A stretch of DNA of 64,000 nt from Dimorphilus gyrociliatus (lineage: Eukaryota > Animalia > Annelida): the NCBI GenBank assembly GCA_904063045.1, contig CAJFCJ010000006.1, forward strand, positions 2,470,946-2,534,945, read 5' to 3'. A program made the position numbers and the translations under genes. The notes under the pieces were generated by a model. It was not told the origin of the DNA, did no database searches, and was given only the letters and a program-made list of their open reading frames with translations. Below are positions 1 through 18,643 of the stretch, in pieces. Each line of letters opens with the position of its first letter. Position 1 is the first letter of the stretch.

Positions 1-5
1 TATTA

Positions 6-275
6 TTAATAATAACAGAACACACCTGGATTTTCTATAAAGTCAGCATGCTCATCATCATAGTCACCCTTGGAATATTCATCTAAAATTTTCATAGCTA
101 AATTCGTGTAAAGCACATCTTCATAATCCTCACCCTGATTTAATCCATTATCTTCCTCGTATTCATCAGCAAATCTGACCCTCTTTTTCGTTTCGATAAC
201 ATTATTAACTTCGTAATCAACACCAAAATCTCCTTCTCTCGGCTCTTCGTCATCTGTATCAACTGGATAATCCAT
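6..275 (-). CDS. Probable first coding exon of an unidentified acidic protein running off the left edge
   Basis: 89-codon D/E-rich ORF (MDYPVDTDDEEPREG...KKRVRFADE...). A possible donor (CCAG|gtgtgt) lies near its end, and an upstream polypyrimidine+CAG acceptor lies near 410. No family recognised. Confidence 0.4.
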   Translation of the reverse strand: MDYPVDTDDEEPREGDFGVDYEVNNVIETKKRVRFADEYEEDNGLNQGEDYEDVLYTNLAMKILDEYSKGDYDDEHADFIENPGVFCYY

Positions 276-470
276 TATATTTCTTTTAGTTTATCACTTT
301 CCACTGTGTTATTATTTTTTTTCCAATATTTTCTTGATTCTTTTATTGATATTCTATAAATATTTTTTCTAATGTTTTCAGTTGCTTTTTCAGTTACAAT
401 TTTAAACTGTTTAAAAAATAAAAAAAAAGAATTTATCAACCACCTCTGCTCTCCTGTCTTTCTCCTTTCA

Positions 471-794
471 TATATAAATTTTAGTTGACAGGTGAAGTGT
501 ACCACAAAGAAATACCAGTATTGAAATTCCCTCAACACAGACGCCTTTATTTATTACTGAGTCACACAAACTATCTAAGATCGGCTCTCCATTCAAGCCA
601 CGCCCCCATTATGATATCAGTATCTTATTAAAAAATGACGTACCCTCTTTAAATGAGAAATAACAACTGGTAGAGTAGAAATATGTAAAGATAAATTATT
701 TTCTACTTACCTGGCTAAAAACGAAATGTATAAATAAAAACTATACGGACTCTATGCCTGATTAGTATTATAGAACCCACAGGGGAATTTCAAT
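471..794 (-). promoter_or_regulatory. Cluster of transcription-factor-like motifs upstream of the left-edge ORF
   Basis: TGAGTCA (AP-1, 558-564), CCACGCCC (KLF/Sp, 598-605), TGACGTA (CRE-like, 636-642), two GGGAATTTC kappaB-like sites in inverted orientation (520-531, 783-794) and a TATA-like run (471-478). Motif matches only. Confidence 0.3.
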
Positions 795-1236
795 GCTAGT
801 TTAAGCCTATAACAACGAAAAATTGACGAAAGATACAGCTTTTTACCCAAAAATTGTATATCAATGCATATATACTGCACATGGAAAAAATTCTATTCTA
901 TGCGAAGGTTAATGTATGTACAATAGAAAAACAAATAGTACAACCTTTAGAAGCTACCGAATGTAAAACGTTCAAAAAGTTAGAGATAAGACTATGTGCT
1001 TTAGTCTCTAGGCCTAAAAAGCCTTGAACACACCTCTCGCAAAAAGAATAGATTTCGTGTTGGAATGTGAAAAAGATGCAGCTAAGAACAACCCTATTTC
1101 TTTACAATCCTTTGACTGGTTGTTGAAAAGTTAATAAAAAATCATAAAAAAAACCCGTCCCGTGTCTTAACATTAGCATTAAAAGAATTTCCTGCAATTT
1201 CATATAGGCTTACAATATCGTAAAATATCCCGTAAA

Positions 1237-1277
<41 letters not shown>
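1237..1277. repeat. (AG)n microsatellite
   Basis: Directly visible AG dinucleotide run with one interruption. Confidence 0.95.
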
Positions 1278-1823
1278 AGTATTCAAAAACTCAAGATAAG
1301 ACATTAAAAATAGCAAATATTCGCAAAAATGCGTAATATTTAAAAACTATTTATATATAGTTACCTTGTTAGAAAAGAATTTATTATCAGTATAATTTAA
1401 AAGAAAAAAAACAATGAAAAAACTGTTTTCTCATCTTTAATTGTTTAAAAAAATTTCACAAATATATTTCATTCAAGTGAATTGAATAGAAGAATATTTT
1501 TCCTTTTGTTTTTTTTTTGTTATAGCGTCTTTTCTCTATCTTTATAGTTTCTCTTTCCATATTTCTGGTTGACTTTCTTTCTCTCTTAGATGCAATATAA
1601 AACATATTATATATACAGTATATCTGCGACATATGATAATCTGAATAATTCTATTGTTTAAAACTATAAAAGATATTTGCATAAACACATATAAGAATAT
1701 GTGTATAAATATCTACATACAGATTTTAATTGCGCAAATAGTCGTTATTTTTTTTTTGCAATGACGAAAGAACGAACAAAACAAAGAAAACAAAAACAAA
1801 ACAAAATGTTTTCATTAACTGTT

Positions 1824-8187
<6,364 letters not shown>

Positions 8188-8415
8188 TTAAAAGATTTTC
8201 ATAAGCCACCATATTTGTTTTTATGATATATCGTAAATATTTTTAAAAAATAAAGAAATACAAAGTGTTTAGGGAATAATTTTCCTTTAGATTTAAGCGT
8301 CTTTTACTATTTTATACGAACATAGGATCAGAAACTCACGCGTTTCCGGTCTCGTTTTGGAACCACTTTTTCCGGTCAATAAGAAATATCTCTAAACAAA
8401 TATATTTTTTATTAA

Positions 8416-11400
8416 ATGGAATATGTTGAAAGAGAAGCTTCAGAGTCTGAAGACTCAAATGTACCCGATTCATCGGATGAAAATGAAGAGGAAGAAGAAG
8501 AGAAGAGTGGAGCAGGTAGGCCGCTTTCAAAATATATCTACGTTGTTTTCGTTTTTAATTTAATAAGTTATAATTATACCTCTGTTGTTGGATATTCAGG
8601 AGTTAGAAATTCACTTAATTGTATTTATTTGCTAAGTTATATTTACACATGCGAATTTTTGTAATAAATCAGTATATTATGAGCTAAGAAACAATTCCCA
8701 TCTTAAACAGCATGCTTAACACTTATCAATTTGAAATTACTTTATAGTTGTACCTGGATTAATCAACGACGAATCTGAAGAATCCGATGGAGACTCGAGC
8801 AGCGATGAAAGTATTACCGGTAATAAACGTCTCGTTGATTCAGAATCGGAAGATATTATGGAAGATGATTTGAGGTTAATTGAAGAAAATACAGGTGTAA
8901 AAATTAAAAAAGTGAGTATAATATGTTTTTAATATATACGAGCTTCCTACAATATCTCAGATATTAGTTTTAAATGAATCAGAGTTTAGTTCAACTGAAT
9001 TTTTTAAATACGTATCTCTTGATGCAAATTAATAATAGCTTATCATATTAGAAACATAAAAGAATCAAAATTGCTGAATCCGACGATGAAAACGACGATT
9101 TAGATAAAGAGTCTATTGATGGTAGAGAAACCGATTATAATTCTCATAGACAAGACGTGGATGAAGATGAAGATGGTAAGTTTAATATTTTCTTAAAAAA
9201 CTATTAAGTGCAAATAACTATTCTTTAGATTTCATCGTTGAGGATGACGACATTATGGCTAATGCCCATAAAAAGGAAAAGAGAAAAGTAATTCATTATG
9301 CCAACGAAAATATGCAGGATGCTATGGATATATTTGGTGTAGACTTTGATGACTTGAAAATGGATGAAGAAGAAGAAGATGACGATGAAGATGGTTACTT
9401 AGAACGGGACGAGAGGAAAAAAGATGAGTCTGAGCCTATGTTCGAGCCGGCTGATGAAATGAAGTATTACAGACGTAAAGAAGATCATGGAATTCGACAA
9501 ACAGACGCGCCAGAAAGATTTCAAATTCGTGATACACCTATCCAGACCGCAACTGAAGAAGAATTGAAACAAGAAGCTGAATGGATATTCACCCAACTTT
9601 TTGAAAAGAAAAAGCTTAGCAAGCAAGACGGATTTTGGCAATTATACTTTGGCCAAACTGATCGAACTGAAACTCCTACCAACGATAAATTGCAGGAAAG
9701 AATTGAGAAAGTCCTGCTATTTATTCGAAATCATCAGTTTGAAATTCCTTTTATTGAACATTACCGGAAAGAATATGTCAAACCAGAATTATGCGAAAAT
9801 GAAATGTGGCAAATTTATGAATTAGACGAAAAATATATGCAATTAATGACAAGACGAGAAAATCTGAAAAACTTATTTCAATACATGCAAGATTTTACAG
9901 GGATTTTAGTTCAGAAAGATGATATGATGCCAGCAGGATTAAGGACTGTTACGGATGAAGATATTGACAGAGTTGATAGGACGCAATCTTTTGAAGAATT
10001 AAAAGATTTGCAAGCATTTTTTTCGTTATATTACAGTCAGCACACAGAACAGTTGCGATTTATCGCAAAACAGCAAAATGCTTTCCGAAAAGTCAAGGAA
10101 GAAGGAGGAGACGAAGAAAAGCAGAGAGAAGCTGTTGAAAGAGTTCAACGAGGTGAAGATTCAAGAATTTATAGAGTTGCGAAAAGGAAAGTAAATCTTC
10201 AAAAATTTTTTGAAGTTAAACTTGACGAAGTCGCCGATAAATTTGGTTTATCTGCTGAAAAAGTCGCAGAAAATTTCAAGTTTGATTATTTGAGGAATGA
10301 AGTCGAACAATCTGATCAGTTTCCTCTTGAGATAGCTAAGATGTACGTCTGCAAGGCCTTAAAAACACCAGAAATTGTTCTTAACTCTGCCAAACAAATG
10401 TTAGCATTACAAATATCTCATGAACCAGACTTTAGAAATACCATTCGAGAGAATTTCAGGGACAAATGCCTCATAAGCTGTAAACCAACTGATGCTGGCC
10501 TAAAAGCAATTGAAGCAGGACATAATTGTTACACACATAGATATCTGAAAAATAAACCAGTAAAATCACTTTTAGGAGCCATGTTTCTTAGGATACATGA
10601 GGCTAAAAAAGATAATTTGTTAGAATATCATCTACACATTGACCCAATAAATGAGCCGTCAAGAGATAGTGAGAATCGTCCTTGGTTCAAACCATACCTC
10701 GAACAGGTAAAACATTTGTTTCACAACGATGAATTTACTGACCTTGCTGAGCAATGGAATCAAGAAAGAATTGACGTTTTAAAAAAAGCCATTGACATTA
10801 TATCGCCAATATTATATCGAGAAATTGAATATCTTTTACTTCAAGAGTCTTATGATATAGTTACAATTGAGGTAGCACAAAAAGTTTACCATGATATAAA
10901 AATTGGTAGATATAAGCCTCTGGTTACTACTGAAGCTGAAAATCCAATGTTTGCAAAAGTTTTAGGCATTTCATATGATCCTGAAGAAGAGGGTTCTGCT
11001 GCTTTTGGAGCTTTTCTAGATTCTGAAGGAGAAGTAACCGCCCACATTCGATTACCTAACTTAATAAGACAAAAAAAACCAAATAGTGATGAGGATTTTA
11101 CGGACGATTTGCGCAATTTAACGGAGTTTATGAGAAACAAGGAACCCAATGTTGTAGCTATTGGCTGCGATTCACGTGACGCATCTGACATAAAAAAAGA
11201 TGTAGAAAAAGTAATCAATCGTTTGTCGGATGAAGAAGGTTTATCAATAACAGTTGAGTTAATGCCGACGAAGTATGCTAAAGTGTTTGCTAAATCAGAA
11301 AATGCTAAGGAGCAATTCAGTGAATATCCAACTGTACTTTTGCAAGCTGTTTCCATAGCTCGTTATTTACAGGATCCTTTAATCGAACTTTGTCAACTGT

Positions 11401-13323
11401 GTAATTTTAAGAGAGATATTTTATCTGTTCCTTATCATACTAACCAAAGTGATGTACCTCAAGATTTGTTGATGCGAAGGGTAGAGTATGAATTTATCAA
11501 TCGTGTTAATCAGGTTGGAGTGGATATCAATCAGTGCATAGCTCATCCACATACTGCTTATCAACTCCAATTTGTGGCAGGATTCGGTCCAAGAAAATCT
11601 GTTTACATTCGACAAATGTTAAAATACACTCGTATGGAAAATAGATCTCAGCTCGTAACAACATGTCACGCAGGCCCAAAAGTTTTCATCAATTGTGCTG
11701 GTTTTATAAAAATAGATACCAATGCTATGGGTGATACAACTGACAGCTACGTTGAAGTTTTGGACGGCTCCAGAGTTCACCCTGAGACTTATGAATGGGC
11801 TAGAAAAATGGCAATTGATGCTTTAGAATATGATGACTCAGCGGAAGGAGCCAACCCGGCATCAGCTTTAGAAGAAATTCTTGAAGCTCCTGACAGACTT
11901 AGAGATTTGGACTTAGACGCTTTTGCTGATGAATTACAGAGACAAGGGTATGGTATACGGCATACCACTCTATACGACATTCGAAAAGAATTGACAAATA
12001 GGTACGTATTATGAGAATATATTGTAACATCATTTATTCTATTGATACTAATTTTTGAAATCAGATACGAAGATACCAGGGAGGATTACCAACCACCTAC
12101 AATTGATGAAATTTTCAATTGGGTTACTAAGGAAACGCCAGATATTTTCTTTATTGGAAAAATTGTTGATGCAAGAGTAACCTCGGTTGCTTATAGGCGA
12201 CCTGGTCAAGACGAAATTGACGGAGCGAATCCAACTCGAAGTGAGAAAACTGGTTTATGGGCTTGTCCCCTTTGCCATCTTGATACTCTAAGAGATCTCA
12301 AAGAGATGTGGAATCATCACGATTCTGGACAGTGTCCAGGTCGACCACGAGGTGTAAATGTTGTTCTTGACAATGGTTGTAGAGGTTTTATACCTATACA
12401 ACAGCTTTCTGATAATCAGGTATGCATTGTATAGTTGACTATAAACAAACTAATACGAATTTTCAAATTATCAGGTTACGGATCCCAATAGTCGAGTTCG
12501 AAGGAGTCAAGTCGTTCACGGTAGAATTCTTAAGATAGATCCGGAGAGATTTTGGGTTGAATTGACCACTAAAACTTCAGATTTAGTTGATGCTGAAGGT
12601 AAATGGGAACTTAGAAAAGATAAATATTATGATTACGAACTGGAACAGACCGAGTCAGAAAACCTAAAAAATAAAAAAGTTAAAGTCTCAGCAAAGAAGT
12701 ATATGAAACGATTAGTGACTCATGATCAGTTCCGTAATATCGATTACAACCAAGCTTGTAAGATGATGGAAAGTGTTGAACAGGGAGAAGCAATATTTAG
12801 ACCAAGTAGCAAAAGTAATGACCATTTGTCTGTTACCATAAAACTCACTACATGTGGCATTCTTATGCATTTGGATGTCACAGAACAAGATAAAGAGCAT
12901 GAATTTACTCTTGGCAAAAGATTGTTTATTAATAAGGAAGAATACGAAGATCTTGATGAGATTATGGCTAGATGTGTAGCACCCCTAACATCTTATGTGA
13001 GAGAGTTGGAAAATTTCAAGTATTATTTGTCACTTGACATAATAATGGAAGAAAAGAAGAGGATAGCATACGTTTCAGAGAAAATAGCTGATGAGAAGAG
13101 AAATCAACCTGAAAGAATTTTTTATCACATCATAGCATCTAAAGACATGCCTGGGTATTTCATCCTTATATATCAACCAAGAAGCCGAGTTCATTACGAG
13201 TATGTGAAAGTAACACCAAACGGATTGAGATATCGAAATAAGATGTTTCAAACCTTACCGCAACTTCTAAAATATTTTAAGGAAAACTACAAAAATCCAC
13301 CACCAAGCATGAAGCATTATTAA
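8416..13323 (+). CDS. SUPT6H: Transcription elongation factor / histone chaperone SPT6
   Basis: Acidic N-terminus (MEYVEREASESED), DAMDIFGVDFD, FEIPFIEHYRKEY, YqgF/HhH core (QFVAGFGPRKS; VLDGSRVHPETYEWARKMAIDALE), S1 domain and tandem SH2 (FRPSSKSNDHLSVT; EEYEDLDEIMAR). One exon of about 2.8 kb. Confidence 0.97.
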
Positions 13324-14112
13324 AATTTGGATTGTTATCATACAAAATGACAATTATTATACTGTATATATTTGTACACAAGAGTTAAAAGTTTATATTG
13401 ATTTTTAGATGAGACGTACATTTTGTGTAAAGCTTTCCTTATTGGACAATTAAGCGCATTTAATACACGGATGAATTGAACGTAATGATGTACTACAGAC
13501 TGCCTTCCTTCTATTACAATCTACTAATATTTTTACTTTCAACACTGTTAAAGCCTAATCAGCAAAGTTCACAATCGACTTAAACGTATTTACCAAGCGT
13601 GGAAAGATTATATATTATGTACAACTTGAATTATCTGAAGGTGAACTTGTAAAAAATATTTCAGCCTTCTGCTTCTTTTTGACCTATATTAAAATCTGTC
13701 GCCTCTGGACAGTATTTTGTAAATTTATTTCATAATTATGTAAAGAAATAATGTTACTGCAATAAACTTGTTGATGATTTCCATCTATATTTATAACATT
13801 TTTTTATAGGTCACGATATTAAATTCACAATAAGGCTGAACAAGTACATTTGCACTAAGTAAGACTAAATCTATTTTCGGTACTGAATGAGAAGTATCAT
13901 ATGGACTAACTTTAGGCTAGTCTGCAAACTCGATTAATAAAGTAACCATATAGCTTTCTATTTTGATGCATACATAAAAATTGATTTAATGATCAGAGGT
14001 TGACCGAAAATGATTATCCTTTTATCTGCTCTTGGGAAGGACCATCTGCTTCACAACTTTTTAGAAAATAAAAGTCCAAGGCTGCAGTTTCTCGAAACAG
14101 AAACTTTAAATT

Positions 14113-15390
14113 ATGCTGACAGTTATCGTTTTCGTTTCTATTGTAGTTTCTATTCAAGGTTGTCAGGACTCAGGTTGTCCAAATGGGCAATCTTGTAATC
14201 CTTATACAAACCAGTGTGTCGTTGACCCACCACCTCCAGCAAGACCAGCTGCCTGGATAGGAGACGAACCAGATTTTTGCAACAGAACCCCAGATGATTG
14301 TAAGAGATTTAGATTGGAATATGATATTTCTCATCCAAAAGGAGACGGAGAATTCTGTGAAAATGGTACCAAAATTAGATGCATGCTACCAGATTTCAAG
14401 CCACAGCTAATAAATACCCCTGAAAATGAGTTTCGAACGATATCTTACAATATCTTTGAAAGGAGTTTCCAAATCACGTGGGATGGACAAAGGGAGAGAT
14501 CTTGCAGGTAGTTTTTCATGATTTTCGACTCTTTTAAATATTACATTTCGTAACATTTCGGTTGTAGAATTCCACTTTGGGCTCTCACAGAAACTCCAGA
14601 TCTTGATGTCATTTCTTTTCAAGAGGTTTTTATGGGTGGATGCTTCGCCGAAAGTCTGAACATTCGACAAATCTTAACATATTATGGCTTTCCATACTTT
14701 ACTGATCTTCTTGACATTGATGATAGACCTTCTAATGGAGGAATTTTCATTGCTTCGAAATGGCCAATCGTTGAACAAGATATGCATATTTATAATGCCT
14801 CCGATGAAAATACTTGGGACTGGTTTGCTGCTAAAGGTGTTAGCTATGCCAAGATAAAGAAAGGAAATACCTTTTATCATGTAACCGGAACACATATGCA
14901 AGCCGGAGGTCCAGATCATTATAGGTTATCACAATGTGAAGAAACCAGAGACTTCTTGAAAACAAAGAATATCGATAAGTCAGAAGCTATTATCTATACC
15001 GGAGATTTCAATATTGATTATTGGAGTTCTTCACAAATAATGAAGACGTGTATTGAGACCATTGATGCCGATGTCCCTCCCCTTTCAGGCTCATTAAATT
15101 TAACAGGAGATCCCAGAACAAACGACGTTCAAAATTTGACAAATCCTAATAGTGGGGGAGGTTGGGTTGACTATGTTTTGCCCAGCTCGGTCAATAGAAA
15201 GCCAACAAATGCTTCACAAATAATACTTCGCGGTATGGATGTTGAAAAATTTGAAGTTTGCTGGTGTGCAGAATGTATTCCATTGGATCCAGATTATATC
15301 TTTCCTAATGATGAAGACTGCGAAAGAGTTGAAAGAGTTCGACATTTATCAGATCATCATCCAATCTTGGGAACATTTAAATACGATTGA
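14113..15390 (+). CDS. Secreted sphingomyelinase C-like (EEP family) enzyme, copy 1; exons 14113-14507 and 14568-15390
   Basis: Signal peptide and Cys-rich N-terminus, then EEP motifs SYN, FQEVF, NGGIFIASKWPI, AAKGVSYAKIKK, HVTGTHMQA, GDFN, WVDYVL and LSDH, as in Bacillus/Staphylococcus sphingomyelinase C. One phase-2 GT-AG intron restores the frame. Confidence 0.9.
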
Positions 15391-18300
15391 TAGAATAAAG
15401 TATTGTATAGACTTAACTAGTTGAAGAGTACAGTATATTGTAAAACTTGCGTAATATAATTTTAATAAACTTTATAAAAGTTCGGTTAATTGCAATAAAT
15501 GATAAGAAGAAACGAAATAGCGGGAAATTCGTATCCTTTAGTCTCGACTAGGATTATTTTCTCTTCATTTAGAATCACCTTTAAAAGATTTTATAACCTC
15601 TCAATGATAAATCTAGTTTTTCCCAATACTTTATCTCCGTTTGAGACTGAGCAGATGCAAGTAGAAGCTTCGAACATAATACCTAGATAGCTTGTTCTTA
15701 AGATACTGGAAAACAATTTACCCATAGTATTTATATTGATCAAAATAGAGATCTGATTATGAGAAAACGTGGTTACAATGATTTTATATGAGAGATTACG
15801 ACGAAATTATGTAAAAGATTTAGGTAGAATCATTATTGCTTTTAGACAATGATAATCCCCAAGTTAGGTTTGAAGACCTACATTGTGACACAAGTAATTA
15901 TTTATCTTTGTGATCAACCATATGCTTCAGAAACTAAATAAAGTCAAAGTCAATTTAATGTTGTTATTCAGTTAAAAGAAGTTTTTTCAAGAAATATGAA
16001 GATCGGCTTTTTTCTTGTTACTTTATTTTGCATATCAAATGCCTGTGAGGATACTGGATGCCCCGATGGACAGTCTTGTAATCCTTATACGGATCAATGC
16101 GTAGTTGATCCACCACCTCCAGCAAGACCTGCTGCATGGATTGGCGATGATCCCGACTTTTGTAATAGGAAACCTGACGATTGTAAATTATTTGCAATGG
16201 AGTATGATATTTCCCACCCGAAAGGAGATGGTGAATTTTGTGAAAATGGAACAAAAATTAGGTGCATCCTACCAGAGCATAAGCCACAGCTTCAAGCCAC
16301 ACCAGAAAATGAGTTTAGAACTATTTCCTACAATCTGATGGAAAGGAGTTTCCAAATCACGTGGGATGGTCAGAGGGAGAGAACTTGCAGGTAAGTTTCT
16401 TATTTAAATGAGAATAAAAAGTAAAACTAGGCTATTTCAAATGTAGGGTCGTTTTATGGTTGCTTGAAAATCATCGTGATGTGGATGCTATTACTTTCCA
16501 GGAAGCATTTATGGGAGGATGTTTTTACGAGAGTCTCACTTTGAGAGATATGTTGGAATATTATGATTTTAAATATCATACCAAGACCGTAGACTCTGAA
16601 GATAAAGTTTCGAATGGTGGAATATTCGTATCTTCGAAATGGCCGATTGTAGAAGAAGATATGCACGTTTATAATTTATCTCATCCAGATACTTGGGACT
16701 GGTTTGCAGCTAAGGGAGTAAGTTACGCCAAGATACAGAAAGGAAACACATTCTATCATGTAACATCAACACATATGCAAGCAGGAGGATCAAGCGCAAT
16801 AAAACCAATTCAGTGTAAAGAAGCAGCAGATTTTTTAAAAACCAAAGCTATTAGTCAATCCGAAGCTATTATTTATACTGGAGATTTCAATTTGAATCAA
16901 TGGAGTGAATCTGGAATGGGTTATATGAGACAATGCCTTTCGAATCTAGATTCTGAAATTCCACCGTATCAAGGATCGAGAAATATTACTGTTGATCCAG
17001 AAAATGATTTAAATCAATTAACTGGAGGTGGTGGATCAGGTGTTTGGATCGATTACGTTTTACCAAATATAGTTCATAAGAGACCAGTCAGTGCTGTTCA
17101 AGTTGCCCTTAAACCAGTAGATCCTGCATCATTTCCAGTATGTTGGTGCGAACAATGTATTCCATTAGATCCTAGCTATATATTTCCGGACGATGAAGAT
17201 TGCGATCGGGTTGAAAGACTACGCGATTTATCAGACCATTATCCAGTTCTTGGAATCTTTAAATACTAATAATTAATCCCAACTGCAAAATTAACTTTTA
17301 ATTATATCTTTTGACTAAAAACATAAATAGTATATCTGTTCAAAAGAGATACGAAAATGATTTATATTTCGAAATCTTATGATCAGATCATTCTTTATAT
17401 TGTAATTTTGATTATAAAAAGATAAATACACCTTGAATCATTTGCATGTTAGGGATATACTGCAAACTGTTGATAAATAATTTCCTTTTAATTATAGTAA
17501 AACTCCAATTATCACACTATCAGTTTATTTCTAATTTGAGATTGATTCTTATCATTTTTTTCCTATTTGCAATCATTTTCTTTAGATAAATCTTAATATC
17601 CAGATTAAATAGGAAGGTTTAACACCGTTCACAAGAGACTGACTATTAAGAATATGCATCATAACTGCACTTCAATTAAAAAATGACTGCTAATTAAACC
17701 ACAATTTATTTAATAAGGTTATTGTATTAAAGGTGATCTATAATTCATGGAAACTATTTGTTTATCACAATTTATGTGACTTGACATGTGCCTCTGAAAA
17801 TTCTTAATAAAACAAGATATGCACAGTTCACAGTTGTGAAACACCTAAGCCAAGATGAAGATCATACTAATTTTTTTGTCTATTGTCTCCGTAGTCTTTA
17901 CTTGTCAAGATACTGGCTGTCCTGATGGACAATCCTGTAATCCATATACGGATCAATGTGTAGTTGATCCACCACCTCCAGCAAGACCTGCTGCATGGTT
18001 AGGAGATGAACCAGACTTTTGCAACAGAAGCCCAGATGATTGCAAGCATTTCAATTTGGAATACGACATCTCACATCCGAAAGGAGACGGCGATTTCTGT
18101 GAGAATGGAACAAAGATCAGATGTTTGATTGGTGAAAATAAACCAGAACTTGAGAATAGTCCAGATAATGAATTGAGAGTTATTGCTTACAATGTTTTTG
18201 AAAGAAGCTTCCAAATCACGTGGGATGGTCAAAGGGAAAGAACTTGCAGGTAAATCATTAAGTCACCTCACAATAAAACTTATTAATATACTATTTTCTC

Positions 18301-18643
18301 CAAACAGATTGCCTTTCGAGCTTTTAGATAAGAATCGTGATGTCGACGTTATTACATTCCAAGAGGTTTTTATGGGTGGATGCTTCGCCGAAAGTCTGAA
18401 CATTCGACAAATCTTAACATATTATGGCTTTCCATACTTTACTGATCTTCTTGAAAGTGATGATGTACCTTCCAATGGAGGAATTTTCATTGCTTCGAAA
18501 TGGCCAATCGTTGAACAAGATATGCATATTTATAATGCCTCCGATGAAAATACTTGGGACTGGTTTGCTGCTAAAGGTGTTAGCTATGCCAAGATAAAGA
18601 AAGGAGATACCTTTTATCATGTAACCGGAACACACATGCAAGC
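14620..18643 (+). repeat. Near-identical 284-bp direct repeat: 14620-14903 and 18360-18643
   Basis: Manual alignment gives 7 mismatches in 284 bp with no gaps, inside exon 2 of SMase copies 1 and 3. The flanking sequence is far more diverged. Confidence 0.92.
15996..17269 (+). CDS. Secreted sphingomyelinase C-like enzyme, copy 2; exons 15996-16390 and 16447-17269
   Basis: Same architecture, same intron position (TGC AG|gt) and all catalytic motifs intact (FQEAF, STHMQA, GDFN, WIDYVL, LSDHYP). Confidence 0.9.

Noticed and set aside
520-794. 12-bp inverted repeat as MITE terminal repeats
   Set aside because: No target-site duplication and no second copy seen in the window; kept only as kappaB-like motifs.
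17400-17850. Multiple GATA sites and HNF4-like motifs upstream of the SMase copies, suggesting gut expression
   Set aside because: GATAA is frequent at this AT content, so enrichment cannot be shown without a background calculation.
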